A stretch of 46,427 nt of DNA from Vicugna vicugna (taxonomy: Eukaryota), in assembly GCA_013265495.1 (NCBI GenBank), contig MU058018.1:72033-118459 (forward strand), read 5' to 3'. The notes under the pieces are model-generated. The model saw nothing but the letters and a program-made list of their open reading frames with translations. It had not been told where the DNA came from and searched no databases. A program made the position numbers and the translations under genes. Of this stretch, positions 32,946 through 44,796 are shown in pieces; position 1 is the first letter of the stretch; each line of letters begins with the position of its first letter.

Positions 32946-34289
32946 AAGTGATCCAAGAAGAGCAATAAACAACGGAGCTCGGATGCTAGCCGGGTAGCCT
33001 GGCATGTGTGTCCAGCAGCGTGCCTACATGTGCTATTGTCAAGGGCTTATTGATGATAAATGACAGAGAGGTCATTGTTTCCCTGAACTCAATTGCAGAA
33101 CCTCCTCATTCTTATAAGCACAGTCATGCCTGACAGACATTTAAAGATATCTGTGACTGTCTAGGAACGTGAAGGCTGCAGCTCCAAGCTTAATGGGCAG
33201 AAATGTGCTCTAAAGGAAACAAGAGAATTATTTGAAAACCCAAGACCTCAAAACTTCCATGTTTTTGAGAAGTGCCATGAGAGGGACTGAATTCATAAAA
33301 ATGTAGGGCCCCAAACTAAGGGGGTTATTGTTTCATAGATTCCTTTACAGCAAAATCATTAGCTCCCCAAAGACTGTAAATCTAGCTGAGTTAGAAATCT
33401 GTGTCTCTCCTAATAAAGGGAGTTTTTTGCCTGGATCTTTTTCTCCCATTAAATCCCATTCGATCAGTCCTTAAAAAATACAGCCATGGAGTATGTGCTT
33501 GCTTAGAGGAGCTGAAGGAAGTAAGTCAACAAATAGCTGTAGAACTAGAAGGGACTCTGGCATTTCACTGGTTTCTTTCTCTCAGCTGTTTCTCCAGGAC
33601 AGCAGCTCAGAGCCTGAGAGCAACACAAAGCAGCCCCGCTTACGGGTGTGCTGCGCTTGATCAGAACGTCCTGCCTCTGGGCCCCTTCCTCCACCCATTG
33701 CTCCTCCTCGATGCCGGGTACATCGCAGATGCTCTTTCCTTAAATAGGGGCTGCTTTCCATTACTTTCATCTTCATGTGGCCAGAGTCCTAGCACTGACG
33801 GTGATTAAAGAGGACGAGGAGGAGGAAGGGGTCATGTTCCACATTCACTGCTTCTTAGGGAAACAGGGCAAGAAGCAAGTGCCTGACTAAGAGAAAACTG
33901 CTAACATTCCAATTAAGATCTTAAACGTTAAGGACTATTGATGAGGGATCTTACAGAACCCTAAAGTTAAAAGAGAATTAGACTATGCTGTGTTTAAAAA
34001 AGAAAAAACAAGCCTATAGTCCAAAGAGAGCTTTAAAATCAGACCATATCTTTGTTTTTAGTCTTTGTTTTGAAGCTCGCTCCCACCCCCACCTTCCATC
34101 CCCAAGATTAGATGTTCCAGCCCCAAGTCAGTTTTCTCTATTCCCTCTTTGTTCATCTTTTTATTCTTCTAACAGAATTCTTTGTTTTTCAACAAAGCAA
34201 TATTCTTAGCTAAATATTTGCTCTCCCAGACTGCTTTGTTGCTGACAGGTGTGGGGAGGTGGGGAGAGGGGTTGAAAGGGAACATATGT

Positions 34290-34615
34290 GGTCCATCCAG
34301 GCTGAGATCTAGCTTAAGTTATAGGAGAAGGGAAGAAGGGTTCTAGGAAAGCTCTATTTTTCCAGGCAACAGAGGATGGCTAGTATGGCCTTTCTGTCCT
34401 TCCTCTTCATCTTGGCTAAGGAATATGTGTGATACTTGGAGCTGCAGCAGCCCCTTTGCAACCATGAGGGAATGGCATAATTGATTCTCTGAACTATATG
34501 CAGGAAGTACCCAATGTGAGCTTCTTTGTTATGCCATAAAAAATAATCTTTTTGTTTAAAATATTGCCATTGTGTTTTCTATTACTTGCAATGGAGAACA
34601 TTCCCAACTGATACA
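34290..34615 (+). mobile_element. Old ERVL/MaLR-class LTR remnant
   Basis: tggagctgcagcagcccctttgcaaccatgaggg...ttttctattacttgca...cattcccaactgataca 3' end. Confidence 0.65.
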
Positions 34616-36158
34616 TTCTCTCAAGGTGCCCCTGTTATTTGGCCATGACTTCTCATGGGATGGCCATTTTGAAATGAATGTCTCCTCTTTCCTGGTGTGA
34701 AATGTGTTATTCTGCCTCTAAGAGGAAGATCAACTATAACCTTTCCTGTTGATTCCTCCCTAAAATCCTCCAAGAGTTATTCATTCCACACCTTTAGGTG
34801 TCCTCGCAGCTATCTGTATCGACATTCCTTAGATACTTCTTATAAGCTAGCGATAATCCTGTATATAACCTGCACGTCCCCGACTCTGAGGTGGTGTTAG
34901 CATTAATATTCACTTGCTATCCCAGTTCCCTCCGGATTCACGGTCTTACAAGCTCCTGAGAAAACAACCCGCCCATTTCTGAAACACTGTGGACATCGCA
35001 TGGATAACAAGATGTGTCCCTGCCTCCTGGCGCTACTGCCCCAGCCTCAGGCCTCTACTGGTGAGCTTTTCTATCACTGGGCATTTGTGGGATCTGATGA
35101 GTGTCTCAGCTCCCGTTCTCCCTGCCACAATGGCTCCCTCCTGCTGGGAGAACAAGGTCCTGCTCTGGGTACTGAAGTCTAGGGCAGCCTGAGGCTGCAA
35201 AGCCACTAACATGACAGACCACATGATGCTCCCAGCTGAAAGCGGGGGCCTCAGCTTTAGTGTCTCATGTTTGTTTCTCCAGGTTGCAGCTCAGATCTGG
35301 TCCCAACATCTCCCAGGAGACCAGATGCCAATACAGCCCAGCTTCTCCTGTGTCCCTCCTCTGTGTTCTTTTTCCCTGTGACTCGAGCACGAATCTTTCC
35401 TCTTCCTCTTCTACTCCTTCCCAGGAATGCATGTATTTTGGCTCCCTGGCATAGGGCACATGGGCCACATATTTTTCAGGCAGGCAGGCTGTGATTCCCA
35501 GCCTGGTGTCAGAGCTGGGGCACAGTGACACACTGCTTTCACCAAGGATTTTTTTGTTTAAACAACATTTTACTTTCTTCTGAAACTTGGAGTTTTAGGG
35601 GTTTTTTTTCTATTTGTTTGTTTTTGTTTTTCTTTTTTTCTTTCTCTGTCCCTGCACAGGATCTGACATACAGTGGGACCTTGAACAATGGTTAACAATA
35701 AATGAGATTTAAAAAAGGCTAAATTACAATGTCCAAATCTGTCCAGTTAGATAATGTCAGAGCCAGAGCTTGAAGAGTTCCTTTGATTTCTAATCCCACA
35801 CTTACATTCCTCTGGATGAACTTAATGAGAGCTTGGAGCATAAGGAAAACAGAGCTGACAACATTGTTAGCTTGGGGCTTTTCCTTCAAGAAAGAAAACA
35901 TATCTCTTATCTGCAATGAAAACTAGGACTTATAGTTTGATGGAAGTAGTGGAAATTATCATTTCCTATAGGTGACTTGTGCCCTGCCTCAGTGTCCTGG
36001 CAGGCCATGTGCTTTGAAAGCCCATGGATTATTCTAGAAAGCTCAGTGGAGTTCACCTCTGCTTCTGATAAAGAATTTACAAGGTCCAAAGATAGTCAGT
36101 GGTCCGCAGGAGGGAAAAAACATGTGTCAGATTAGTGCATGTGAAAAAGAATCTCACT

Positions 36159-36162
<4 letters not shown>

Positions 36163-36196
<34 letters not shown>
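36163..36196. repeat. (CA)17 microsatellite
   Basis: Perfect dinucleotide array. Confidence 0.99.
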
Positions 36197-36198
<2 letters not shown>

Positions 36199-36286
36199 TA
36201 CCGCTTCCTAAAAACGTATCTCAGCAAACTCAGAAGACAGAGCAACGGGAACTAACAGAAGCAGAAAGACAGCAATCAATACTGGA

Positions 36287-36300
36287 GTTGCCCTGGCAAC
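36287..36300. promoter_or_regulatory. Candidate RFX X-box
   Basis: GTTGCCCTGGCAAC has one mismatch to the palindrome GTTGCCATGGCAAC. This is a motif match only. Confidence 0.5.
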
Positions 36301-36597
36301 TGGTGAAGGGGAAGAAAAGCTACTGCCAAGTGATTCACACGGTAGCAACAGTCCTCACGAGATCCCCGCAGCAGCGTCATTAGCCATCTGGCTTTAAAAA
36401 CAGGAGCGAGGAGTAGTGCCTGGCAGTGCGTTATTGTATTCGTGCTTCACCCTATCCCCCGACATCCCGCCTTCTGATCCAAACTGATACCAATTCAGGT
36501 TTTTTTTTTTAAGGACAAAAGTTACATAGAGTGTATTAAGCTAGGGGAGACAGGAATTTTTTTCTTTTTGTATTATCTAAAGTTTTAAAACAAGGCT

Positions 36598-38749
36598 TGT
36601 ATCAGCCAGTTCAGGCTGCCATAACAGAAATATCAGAGACCAATTTGAATTAAATAGCAGAAATTTATTCTTTCACGATCTGGAGGATGGAAGTCTCAGA
36701 TAATGGTGCTGGAAGGTTTGGTCCCTGGTGAGAGCTCTCTTCCTGGCTTGCAGACAACCACTTTCTAGACACATCTTCTTGTGGCCTGTCCTCTGTGGCA
36801 TGTGGAGAGAGAGATCGCTTTCTCTTATTATAAGGCCAACAGTCATGTCAGGTTAGAGCCCCACCCAAATGACCTTATTTAACCTTAGTTACCGCCTGAA
36901 GGCCCTGTCTTCAAATACAGTCACACAGAGGGTGAGGGCTTCAACATTGCAGTTTTGGGTGAGAATTCTGTCCCTAGCTTAAAATTCATGTCTTTCTCAA
37001 AAGTAAAATACATTCATTACACCCAACATTCCCCAAAGTTTTATTCATTGCAGCATAAAGTGTAAAGTTCAAAATCTCATCTAAATATCATCAAAATCAG
37101 ATATGGGTGAGACTAAATGTAGTCCTGAGACAACATTCCTCTCCAGCCATGAACCTGTGAAACCAGACAAGTTATGTGCTTCTAGAGTAAAATGGCGGGA
37201 CAGGCCTAGGATGGACATTCCTGTTCCCAAAGGGAGAAATTGGAAGAAGAAAGGGTGACAGGCCTCAAGCTACTCCAAAAGCTAGCAGGGCAAATTTCAT
37301 TAGATCTTAAGGCTCAAAAATAATCCCCTTTGCTTTGATGCTCTCCCCTCCAGGCCCAGTGGGGTGGCAGCATCACCTCATGGCTCTACAGGGCAGCCCT
37401 GTCCCACCCTTTGGCTCTATGGGGTGACCGCACCCACATGACTCACCGTGGAGGCCCCCCATGCCTCACCGTGGAGGCCCCCCATGCAGTTGTCTGTGTT
37501 GGCTCCTTCCACCGCAAGGAGAAGGCAGCCTCGCACCCCATGCCGAAAATGGCGAGAGTGGCATCCCTCAAGATCTCTGAGTTGACTTTGGGGGTCATTC
37601 TTCCCTTTTCTGTTAACACACGGTCACATTTCTTCACTGGTCTGGTGTCGCGTCTCTATCCCTGCCCTCTACTGAGGTGGCTGGTAAAATCGCTCTTTGC
37701 ACTCATACTAACCTCTTCATCAAATGGTTGTTCAGATACACCCTTAGTGTTCTCTCCCGAACAGGCCTTCTCACTTTTGGTAATATAGACAGGCTGAGAA
37801 CTCTCCAAATCTTCAAATTCTGGTTCCTTGTTACTGAATAAGTCCTTCTGTAACTCCTCTCTCGCCTCTCACGTTTTACTATAACCAGTCTGGATGAACC
37901 AAGCTGCTCCGTCAACACTTTGCTTAGAAATCCCCTCAGCTGCATATCCAAGGTCATTGCTTGCAAGTTCTACTTTCCACAAAACACTGGAACTTGCACA
38001 CAATTCAGCCATTTTCTTTGCCATTTTATAACAAGGATTGCCTTCCCTCAAGTTTCTGAGAACGTGTTCCACCTTTCCATCCGGGATCTCCCCAGAATGG
38101 TCTTCAACAGCCATATTTCCACTGATACTCTGTTCGTGATTCTTCACGGGTTTTCTAAGATGATGGAAGCTTTCTCTCCAGCTCTCCTTCTCTCTTTCTG
38201 AGCTCTCATCAAAATGACCTTTAACATTCATGTTTCTGTCACAGTCTCTTCACCACAACTGGGGCTTTTTCTAGCATGCCAAAATCTTCCAGATTCTCCT
38301 GGTTACTCAGTTCCAACGGCACTTCCACGTTTTTAGGTATTTGTTACAGCGACATTCCACTTCTCAGTATCAAAATCTGTATTCGTCAGCTTGGGCTTCC
38401 ATAACAAATACCATAGGCAGGGGGTCAAAACAACAGAAATTTATTTCTCACAGCCCTGGCGTCTGGATGTCTCAGATCAAGGTGCAGCAGGGGTGGTTTC
38501 TGGCGAGAAACCTCTTGCTGGCTTGCAGACAGCCTCCTTCACGCTGTTTTCCACATGGCCTGCCCTCTGTGACATGCCTCTCTCCTACTCTTTTTATAAG
38601 ACTGCCAGTTGTATTGAATTAGGGCCCCACCCTTATGACCTCATTTAACTTTAATTAGCTCCTGAGGCTCTGTCTCCAAATACAGTCACATATGGAGTTA
38701 GGACTTCAACACACAATTTGGGGAGGGGAGCACAACTCAATTCCTATCA
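36598..38749 (-). mobile_element. Two-LTR MaLR element (MLT1A-like LTR, internal region, LTR)
   Basis: Related LTRs at 36598-~36964 and 38378-38749, an MLT1-type internal region between them, and 5 bp flanks AGGCT/AGACT (4 of 5 TSD match). Confidence 0.9.
37869..38231 (-). pseudogene. MaLR internal gag-derived ORF remnant (120 codons open)
   Basis: NLREGNPCYKMAKKMAELC..VLWKVELASNDLGYAAEGISKQSVDGAAWF resembles the recalled MLT/MST/THE1 internal ORF. Confidence 0.75.
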
Positions 38750-38834
38750 AGACTGTGTGTAACATACAACTTTTTCTAAAACATGAACCTGATGAAAAGG
38801 AAACAACTATTTCCTGGGCTTAGTATGTATACAT

Positions 38835-39011
38835 GAATGGACATGTGCTATTTACACTGAAATTAAATAAAATAAAAAATTCAGTTTCTAATCACAGTAA
38901 CACAATTCAAGAGCTCAATAGCTACAAGTGTCTATACTGGACACAACATATTGGACACAATGGATATAGAATATTTTCATTATTGCAGAAGGTCTTACTG
39001 GAAATAGCTGA
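38835..39011. mobile_element. MER3/MER33-like hAT-Charlie element
   Basis: aaaaattcagtttct...tcaagagctcaatagctaca...catattggaca...ttattgcagaaggtcttactggaaatagctg. Confidence 0.72.
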
Positions 39012-40663
39012 TTTACACTCAAAAGTTTAGAGAACTAAAAAAACTTTTGTTTATGCAGGTTATAACTATTGATACTTACTGTATTAGAAAATTAAATGAT
39101 TAATAAAATATTTGTTAGTATATTTTAAAATAACAATAGTACCCACTTTACATATCTTTTTCTAGCTTGATAGAAGATTGTTAGATTTTCACATACACTT
39201 GTATGTTTAATCTGTTGATATATGTTGTATTAGTTGAAGTATAGCCTGTCTTACACACATATGCAGTTGGAAAAGCAAAGAGTATTTTGATAGTCTTTCC
39301 ACATAATGATGGCCATTCTTCTTTTAATATTATGTAAAACGTGACAAGTGGAGTTTTCCAAAATTCAGTTGCAATATGAAATTTGAAAACGTATCAGTGA
39401 ACGTTTAAAACTCTGTTACATTAACATCCATTAGCCCATCATGCACTTTGAATAGATCCTTTGTCTTTAAACATCATGCATTGGTCAGTTAGAAAATACT
39501 GACTCATCAAGTTGTGCAGATCTTCCAATTGTTGGCTCACTTTGTTAGGTAATTTCAAAAATCATATATGCCAATATCATGCCTAGTTTTACCAGGAAAA
39601 CCTTTAAGTATTAGAAAGTTTTCAAGTTCATGGTGACACATACATGTTCTCAAAAATTCTTATTTTTGCTTGAGAGCTCAGATTTTATCATTCATAATAC
39701 TCTCACGTGTTTTGCTTAAGTGTCAGGCTCACTTCCTTTGTTTTTTAAAAAAATCTGCCAAGTATTTACATCTGAATAGCTATTACTTGTCTGTTAGTAG
39801 TTATTATAAGGAAATGTGTTCGGTTTTTAAAAATGGGTAGTTCAATCCCACATGTGTTTTTTCCGGGAACTCCCATTTGTACAGTGGTCTGGAGCAGAAG
39901 TGTTTTATAAGTACTTCCCATCCACACCTTCACACAGAAGTTAGAAAGACATACACTCAGGGGTCAAGATTTAATAAAATTAATACTTCTTTAAACTATT
40001 TCACTAAAATATTCTTACTATTTACTGTAACTGTGTGATGGTAAGTGTTGTGGGCTGAATTCTGTCCCTCCAAATTCAGGTGTTGAATTTTTAACCCCTA
40101 GTAGTCCAGAATGCGACTATGTTTAGAGATAGGGTCTTTAAAGAAATAACTGAGTTAAGATGGGCACGTTGGAATGGGCCCTAAATCCATATGACTGATG
40201 TCCTTACATGAAGAAGATGTTGAAACACAGAGGGAAGCCCATGGAAAGACACAAGGAGAAGTCAGCTATCTACAGGCCGAGAAGAGAAGCCTCAGAAGGA
40301 ACTAACCCTGCCCACACTTTGATCTTGGACATCTAGTCTCCAGAACTCTGAGGAAATGAGGTTCTGGTGTTTAAGCCACCTAGTCTGTGGTACTTTGTTG
40401 CGGCAGCCCTCACAAACTAATACAATGGATACAGTGGAAAACACAATGACTCCTAGTACAGTCTGGTGCTACTAACTTGATTTGTGCCGAAGGAGTAGCA
40501 GTTTCACCCAGCTCCGCTTTTGCAATTATCTTTGCAAGTATCAACCCAGTGAAAAAGACAAATGACGTCTTAGCATTATTATGAAAATAGTGTTGAACTC
40601 ACAATCTCTGAAAGTGTCTTGAGGATGCCCAGGGTACTGGAAAGATACTTTGAGAACCACTAG
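39012..40663. mobile_element. Charlie1a-like hAT DNA transposon, interrupted by an MLT1 LTR
   Basis: cttttgtttatgcaggttataactattgata near the left end and cttagcattattatgaaaatagt...actttgagaaccact at the right end. Confidence 0.78.
40046..40424 (+). mobile_element. MLT1B-like solo LTR nested in Charlie1a
   Basis: tgttgtgggctgaattctgtccc...gtttaagccacctagtctgtggtactttgttgcggcagccctcacaaactaataca, with TG...CA ends. Confidence 0.88.
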
Positions 40664-43600
40664 ATTATACACATTATACACTTTTTTTTAGTATTATTAT
40701 TCCTTGCCTGTCCCATCGGGGGGTCTATTAAACTCCATTGTTTCTAAAATGTCTGGTAATTCACATAAATCTGAGAAGATCTCAAGATGTTTATTTCCAC
40801 TGGATTTTTTCAGAATCTGTATAAAGCATGATTTCTTCAAAAATAGCTAACATCACAGATAAGTCTCCTTTGACCAAATCCTTAAATGAAAAAATAATTT
40901 TGAACAAAGTTTTGAAACAGTATACCATTTTTCTATCAAACAAATTTAATTAGAAAGAGTGGGTAGGATTTGGGCAAAATTATTCCACAACTAATTACAT
41001 TTATTTTGTTGCCAACTCATTCACTGCAACTACTCTGGAACTATTTACCCACTGGCCACTTGTTAAGTTATATTAAATCTTATTTTTAAATGACTTCCTC
41101 TGGGTCATATGCTGTTTCTTCCATCCAAAAGCATTAACTGATACATGGGGGTATTGTATTGAAAATATTTAAGGAAAATTATAACTTTGTCTTTTAATTT
41201 ACTTCTTGTTTTTAATATGAAATGTAACAATGTGGATCAACAATTAGGAAAAAATAAATGCAAGTTGTCTTATTACTGTAAACAAGAAAACTAGAATTAA
41301 AATATTAAAAAGATTGAAATCTGTTGCCAAGTTTTTTGCGATAATTGCCACTGAGGAGTGATTGTACTAAACAAAACCAGTATGTATATCCCACATTCAT
41401 GAACACGTGTATGGAGAACCTCAGTGAATGAGTGGGTACGCATTTCACTGATGTATTCCTTGTTTCATAGAGTATGTTGGGTGACTGCTTGCGGGCTAAA
41501 TGGATTGAAGTACATGTTCCACAGCAGAGCTGAGTTTCTTTAGAGGTAAGTCCTTTTGTGAGAGCACACGCAGGAATCATTTTACAAGGACAATTTCTTC
41601 CTTATAATGCAGACTCGGGCATTTGCCAGAAGCTTAGGGTGATGCAAGGATCTTCACCCAGGAACACATTGACTCTGTTTGCTCCCTAAGTATATGTTGC
41701 TTAAGTGGATTGACCTCTCCAGGTAAAAAATATTGGCCTACTGCCTACACTTTACCACCACCAATAAAATTGCCTTGGATAAGGTAGAATTTACTGTGAC
41801 TTCAATCCTCAGCTTTTATAAAGGGTTTATATTAAATAATGATCTGTTTGAAAAATAGTCCTCTGACTTCTGCAATGCTGCAGTTGAAGATAGTTCTACT
41901 GGCTTACTTACCATTATTAAAAAAAAATCTCCTACTAAATTTTTTCTTGCTTGAGATTGTAGCAGAATAAATATGTTTGTCTCTTCAGAGGAATTTTATG
42001 TCATTTTTTCTGACATAAATAGGTAAAAGGATGTGCTATAATGTTTTACTCCTCTTAGGCGGGTTTAAGCCCTAAGCTTACTTTTCAACAGCCATGTGCC
42101 TAGTGGCTTCTAAACACACTTTTGCTACCCTCTATTCTGTTTCCACCACAAACTAGCTTATTTTGCAATACATTTAGACTTTGATAGGGTATTTAGCCAA
42201 AAGGAACGAAAAGTCACACTGCCGTTCAACTCAATGTGGTGAAATAATTCAGTGGGTGCCAGTATATTCAAATCAGTTTAGGCAGCCCCTCAGTTCAGTG
42301 TTGAGTCAGAAACTGGCAGCTAGAAAAGAAACATAAAGAAGTGATGTTTCAGTGTTAATACATTTTAAAAATAATTCACAACATTCCTTTAGAAACCCTC
42401 TCTCAAATCTCAAGTGGTTGGGAAAATAAACATACACATCTTCGAGGGGAAAAAAAATCATTTCTAACAGCACTAAATCTAAATATGGAAAACTTGAAAT
42501 CCCTGAGGACAAGCTATAACTAGAGGACACTATCAAATAAAGTGGTGAGCAGGTATAGTTTATGCCTGGGGAGCTAATCTAGCAAACTCACAGTCATGAG
42601 TATGTTGTATATTTGCCCCTAAACCTCATAGCAACTTTATTTTGTCAGCAAATAGCTTTGTGTACCATTTGTATGTGTGTGTTTATGAATGTGTGTGGGT
42701 ATGACAAAATTAACGTTCTTGGGCATTTTGAACTATGGAGTCACTTTAGAAGAGACATTTGCAGGGAATGGATGATTAATAATATTTTGCCATTTCATAA
42801 TTATCCATACTTAGTGTTATGCTCTAATTATTTTTCATGTTTCTAAGCTTTTCTGTTGTTAGTCTTTAATAAGAGATAATCAACAACTCATTAGGAGCCT
42901 GGGGGGAGGCAGAATGGGAGGGGGAAATGCAGGAAGACCACGATCTGCTTTCAGTACCATTTTCCCCTACACAGTTTTATTGCGCACCATTATCTTTGTT
43001 TTCATTCATCTATTCTTTCCAGGATATAGCTTTATTTGTTTGTGCTTCTTTTGTGGTCGGTCCTCAGGCAGATTACTGTATCAGATTTATCAGCATTGTG
43101 TATTGTTTTTAACTGTCCCTAATGAAGTTCCTATTCGGGCCCTGGGGTCTGGTCTGGCTCTGCTGCATTCAATTGCACATGTATAGAGAGTCGCCCTGCC
43201 CCACTTCGAATTGTGTTCATCATAATTGGTCTCATTCCACTTCTGTCTGGTATTTTCTGTTGTTGTTTACATGAAACTCCACACTTTCTAAGTGCGAATA
43301 TTTCACACTCTGTTATAATGATGATATTCATTTAGTTTGCAGATTTTGGCTTATATAGATAGCATTCTTTATTTGGAAACATCACATGCATGGCAAGCTG
43401 GGTACATAGAATTTAAAGATAGAATTGAATTTTCCCATTTACAGAAGTGCAAATCCCCTCTGAGGGTGAGATGTTCCTACCTGCCCAGAATGGACGAAGC
43501 AGCATGTGCTTTTGCAGAGGGAAAGTGAAGCCCTCATTTAATTCCTTTGTTTAGGAGGAATGGAGACTCTCTGGGGCATTATTCAGTCTGGGGTGCCTGG

Positions 43601-44081
43601 TGTGACCCCTAGAGTCTGAGTTAGTGGCCACCTTCCATACGTCTCTATCGCTTTATCACGGATTCCATCATTTGGAAGAGTTGGTTCAGCTGGCTGGTTC
43701 TCTCATGAGACTGCAGTTTCCTGTAGACTGAGGACGGTTTTGTGTCGGCTTCCTCTCCTCCAGGTTATCTTCTATCCGTTCTTCCCATTTAAGGCCAAAC
43801 TCAATCCCTTCTTGCTGACGTCTCACCTGACCTTACCAGCCTTCCGTGCTCTCTCCTACCTGTTAACTCCTGAAATGGATTTCTGCAACTTTTACAGTCT
43901 GATACTGCTGGCTCCACTTTCTACCTCTAATGTAATGTGCATGCCTTAGTTTATGATGAGATCATACTATTTATCATTGCCAGCCCCCCACTACACTGTG
44001 CCAAGCACAATGCCATGTATACATTTTTCATTCATTTTAAAACAACATTTGGTCATGCAAACAACAAGGTATCCATTCCTT

Positions 44082-44225
44082 TATATATATATATATATCT
44101 ATATATATAGATATATATATATATGATATATATGTGATATATATAGATATATATGTGTAGATGAGTGTATGTACACAAACATGAATATAAATGCCTATAT
44201 ATAAATGAGTGTATGTGCACATATG
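44082..44225. repeat. (TA)n-rich degenerate microsatellite
   Basis: Interrupted TA, TAGA and TG arrays. Confidence 0.92.
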
Positions 44226-44431
44226 GAAAAATACAAATCCTTACATAGGAACGTAAGTGCACCAGTGTGTGCATAAATATCATATAATGTGTCTACAAGA
44301 AACCGATTGTGTAAAGCATTATTCAGTCTGGGATACCTGCCTGGATCCTCAGAGTCTTCATGAGGTGCCCCTTTTCTCTTTCCATGAGTGTGTTCATCAT
44401 ATCTTAGATTCTACTCAGTTGAAAATTACCT

Positions 44432-44499
44432 GTATATGTATATAGGTATGTATGTATGTGTGCATATGTATATGTGTATGTGTGTATATGTGTGTGTAT
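44432..44499. repeat. (TG/TA)n alternating purine-pyrimidine simple repeat
   Basis: gtatatgtatataggtatgtatgtatgtgtgcatatgtatatgtgtatgtgtgtatatgtgtgtgtat. Confidence 0.88.
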
Positions 44500-44663
44500 C
44501 TCCCACTACATTTATTAGCTACATATTACATTTTAAGTATTACAATGCTTTTTATTTGGAATATTATTAAAGGCACCCAAAATATCTTTCCACTTGAGAT
44601 TCAATGAGAAAAACAGCTCTTATCATCGTTATAAATTTTAACTTTTATTGTAATAACTAATCG

Positions 44664-44796
44664 GGGGGAGGGTATAGCTCAAGTGGTAGAGTGCTTGTTT
44701 AGCATGCTTGTGGTCCTGGGTTCAATCCCCAGTACCTCCTCTAAAAATAAATGAACCTAGTTACCTCCCCCCACCAAAATAAAATAATTAAATATA
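44664..44796 (+). mobile_element. tRNA-derived SINE (camelid Vic-1-like), full length
   Basis: A box TAGCTCAAGTGG, B box GGTTCAATCC, A-rich tail and a perfect 14 bp TSD GTAATAACTAATCG (44650-44663 and 44797-44810). Confidence 0.93.

Noticed and set aside
41471..41545. 75 nt exon-like segment (ttgtttcatag ... GAG|GTAAGT)
   Set aside because: All three frames contain stops, so it is not a coding exon. There is no evidence for a non-coding exon without RNA data.
723..44570. The many 60-135 aa ORFs in the six-frame track
   Set aside because: Apart from L1 ORF2 and the MaLR remnant, none resembles a protein I recognise. Many start at non-ATG codons, overlap repeats or translate microsatellites, as expected by chance.
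44664..44740. tRNA-like sequence
   Set aside because: It has an A-rich tail, a TSD and a second diverged copy at 28520, so it is a SINE and not a tRNA gene.
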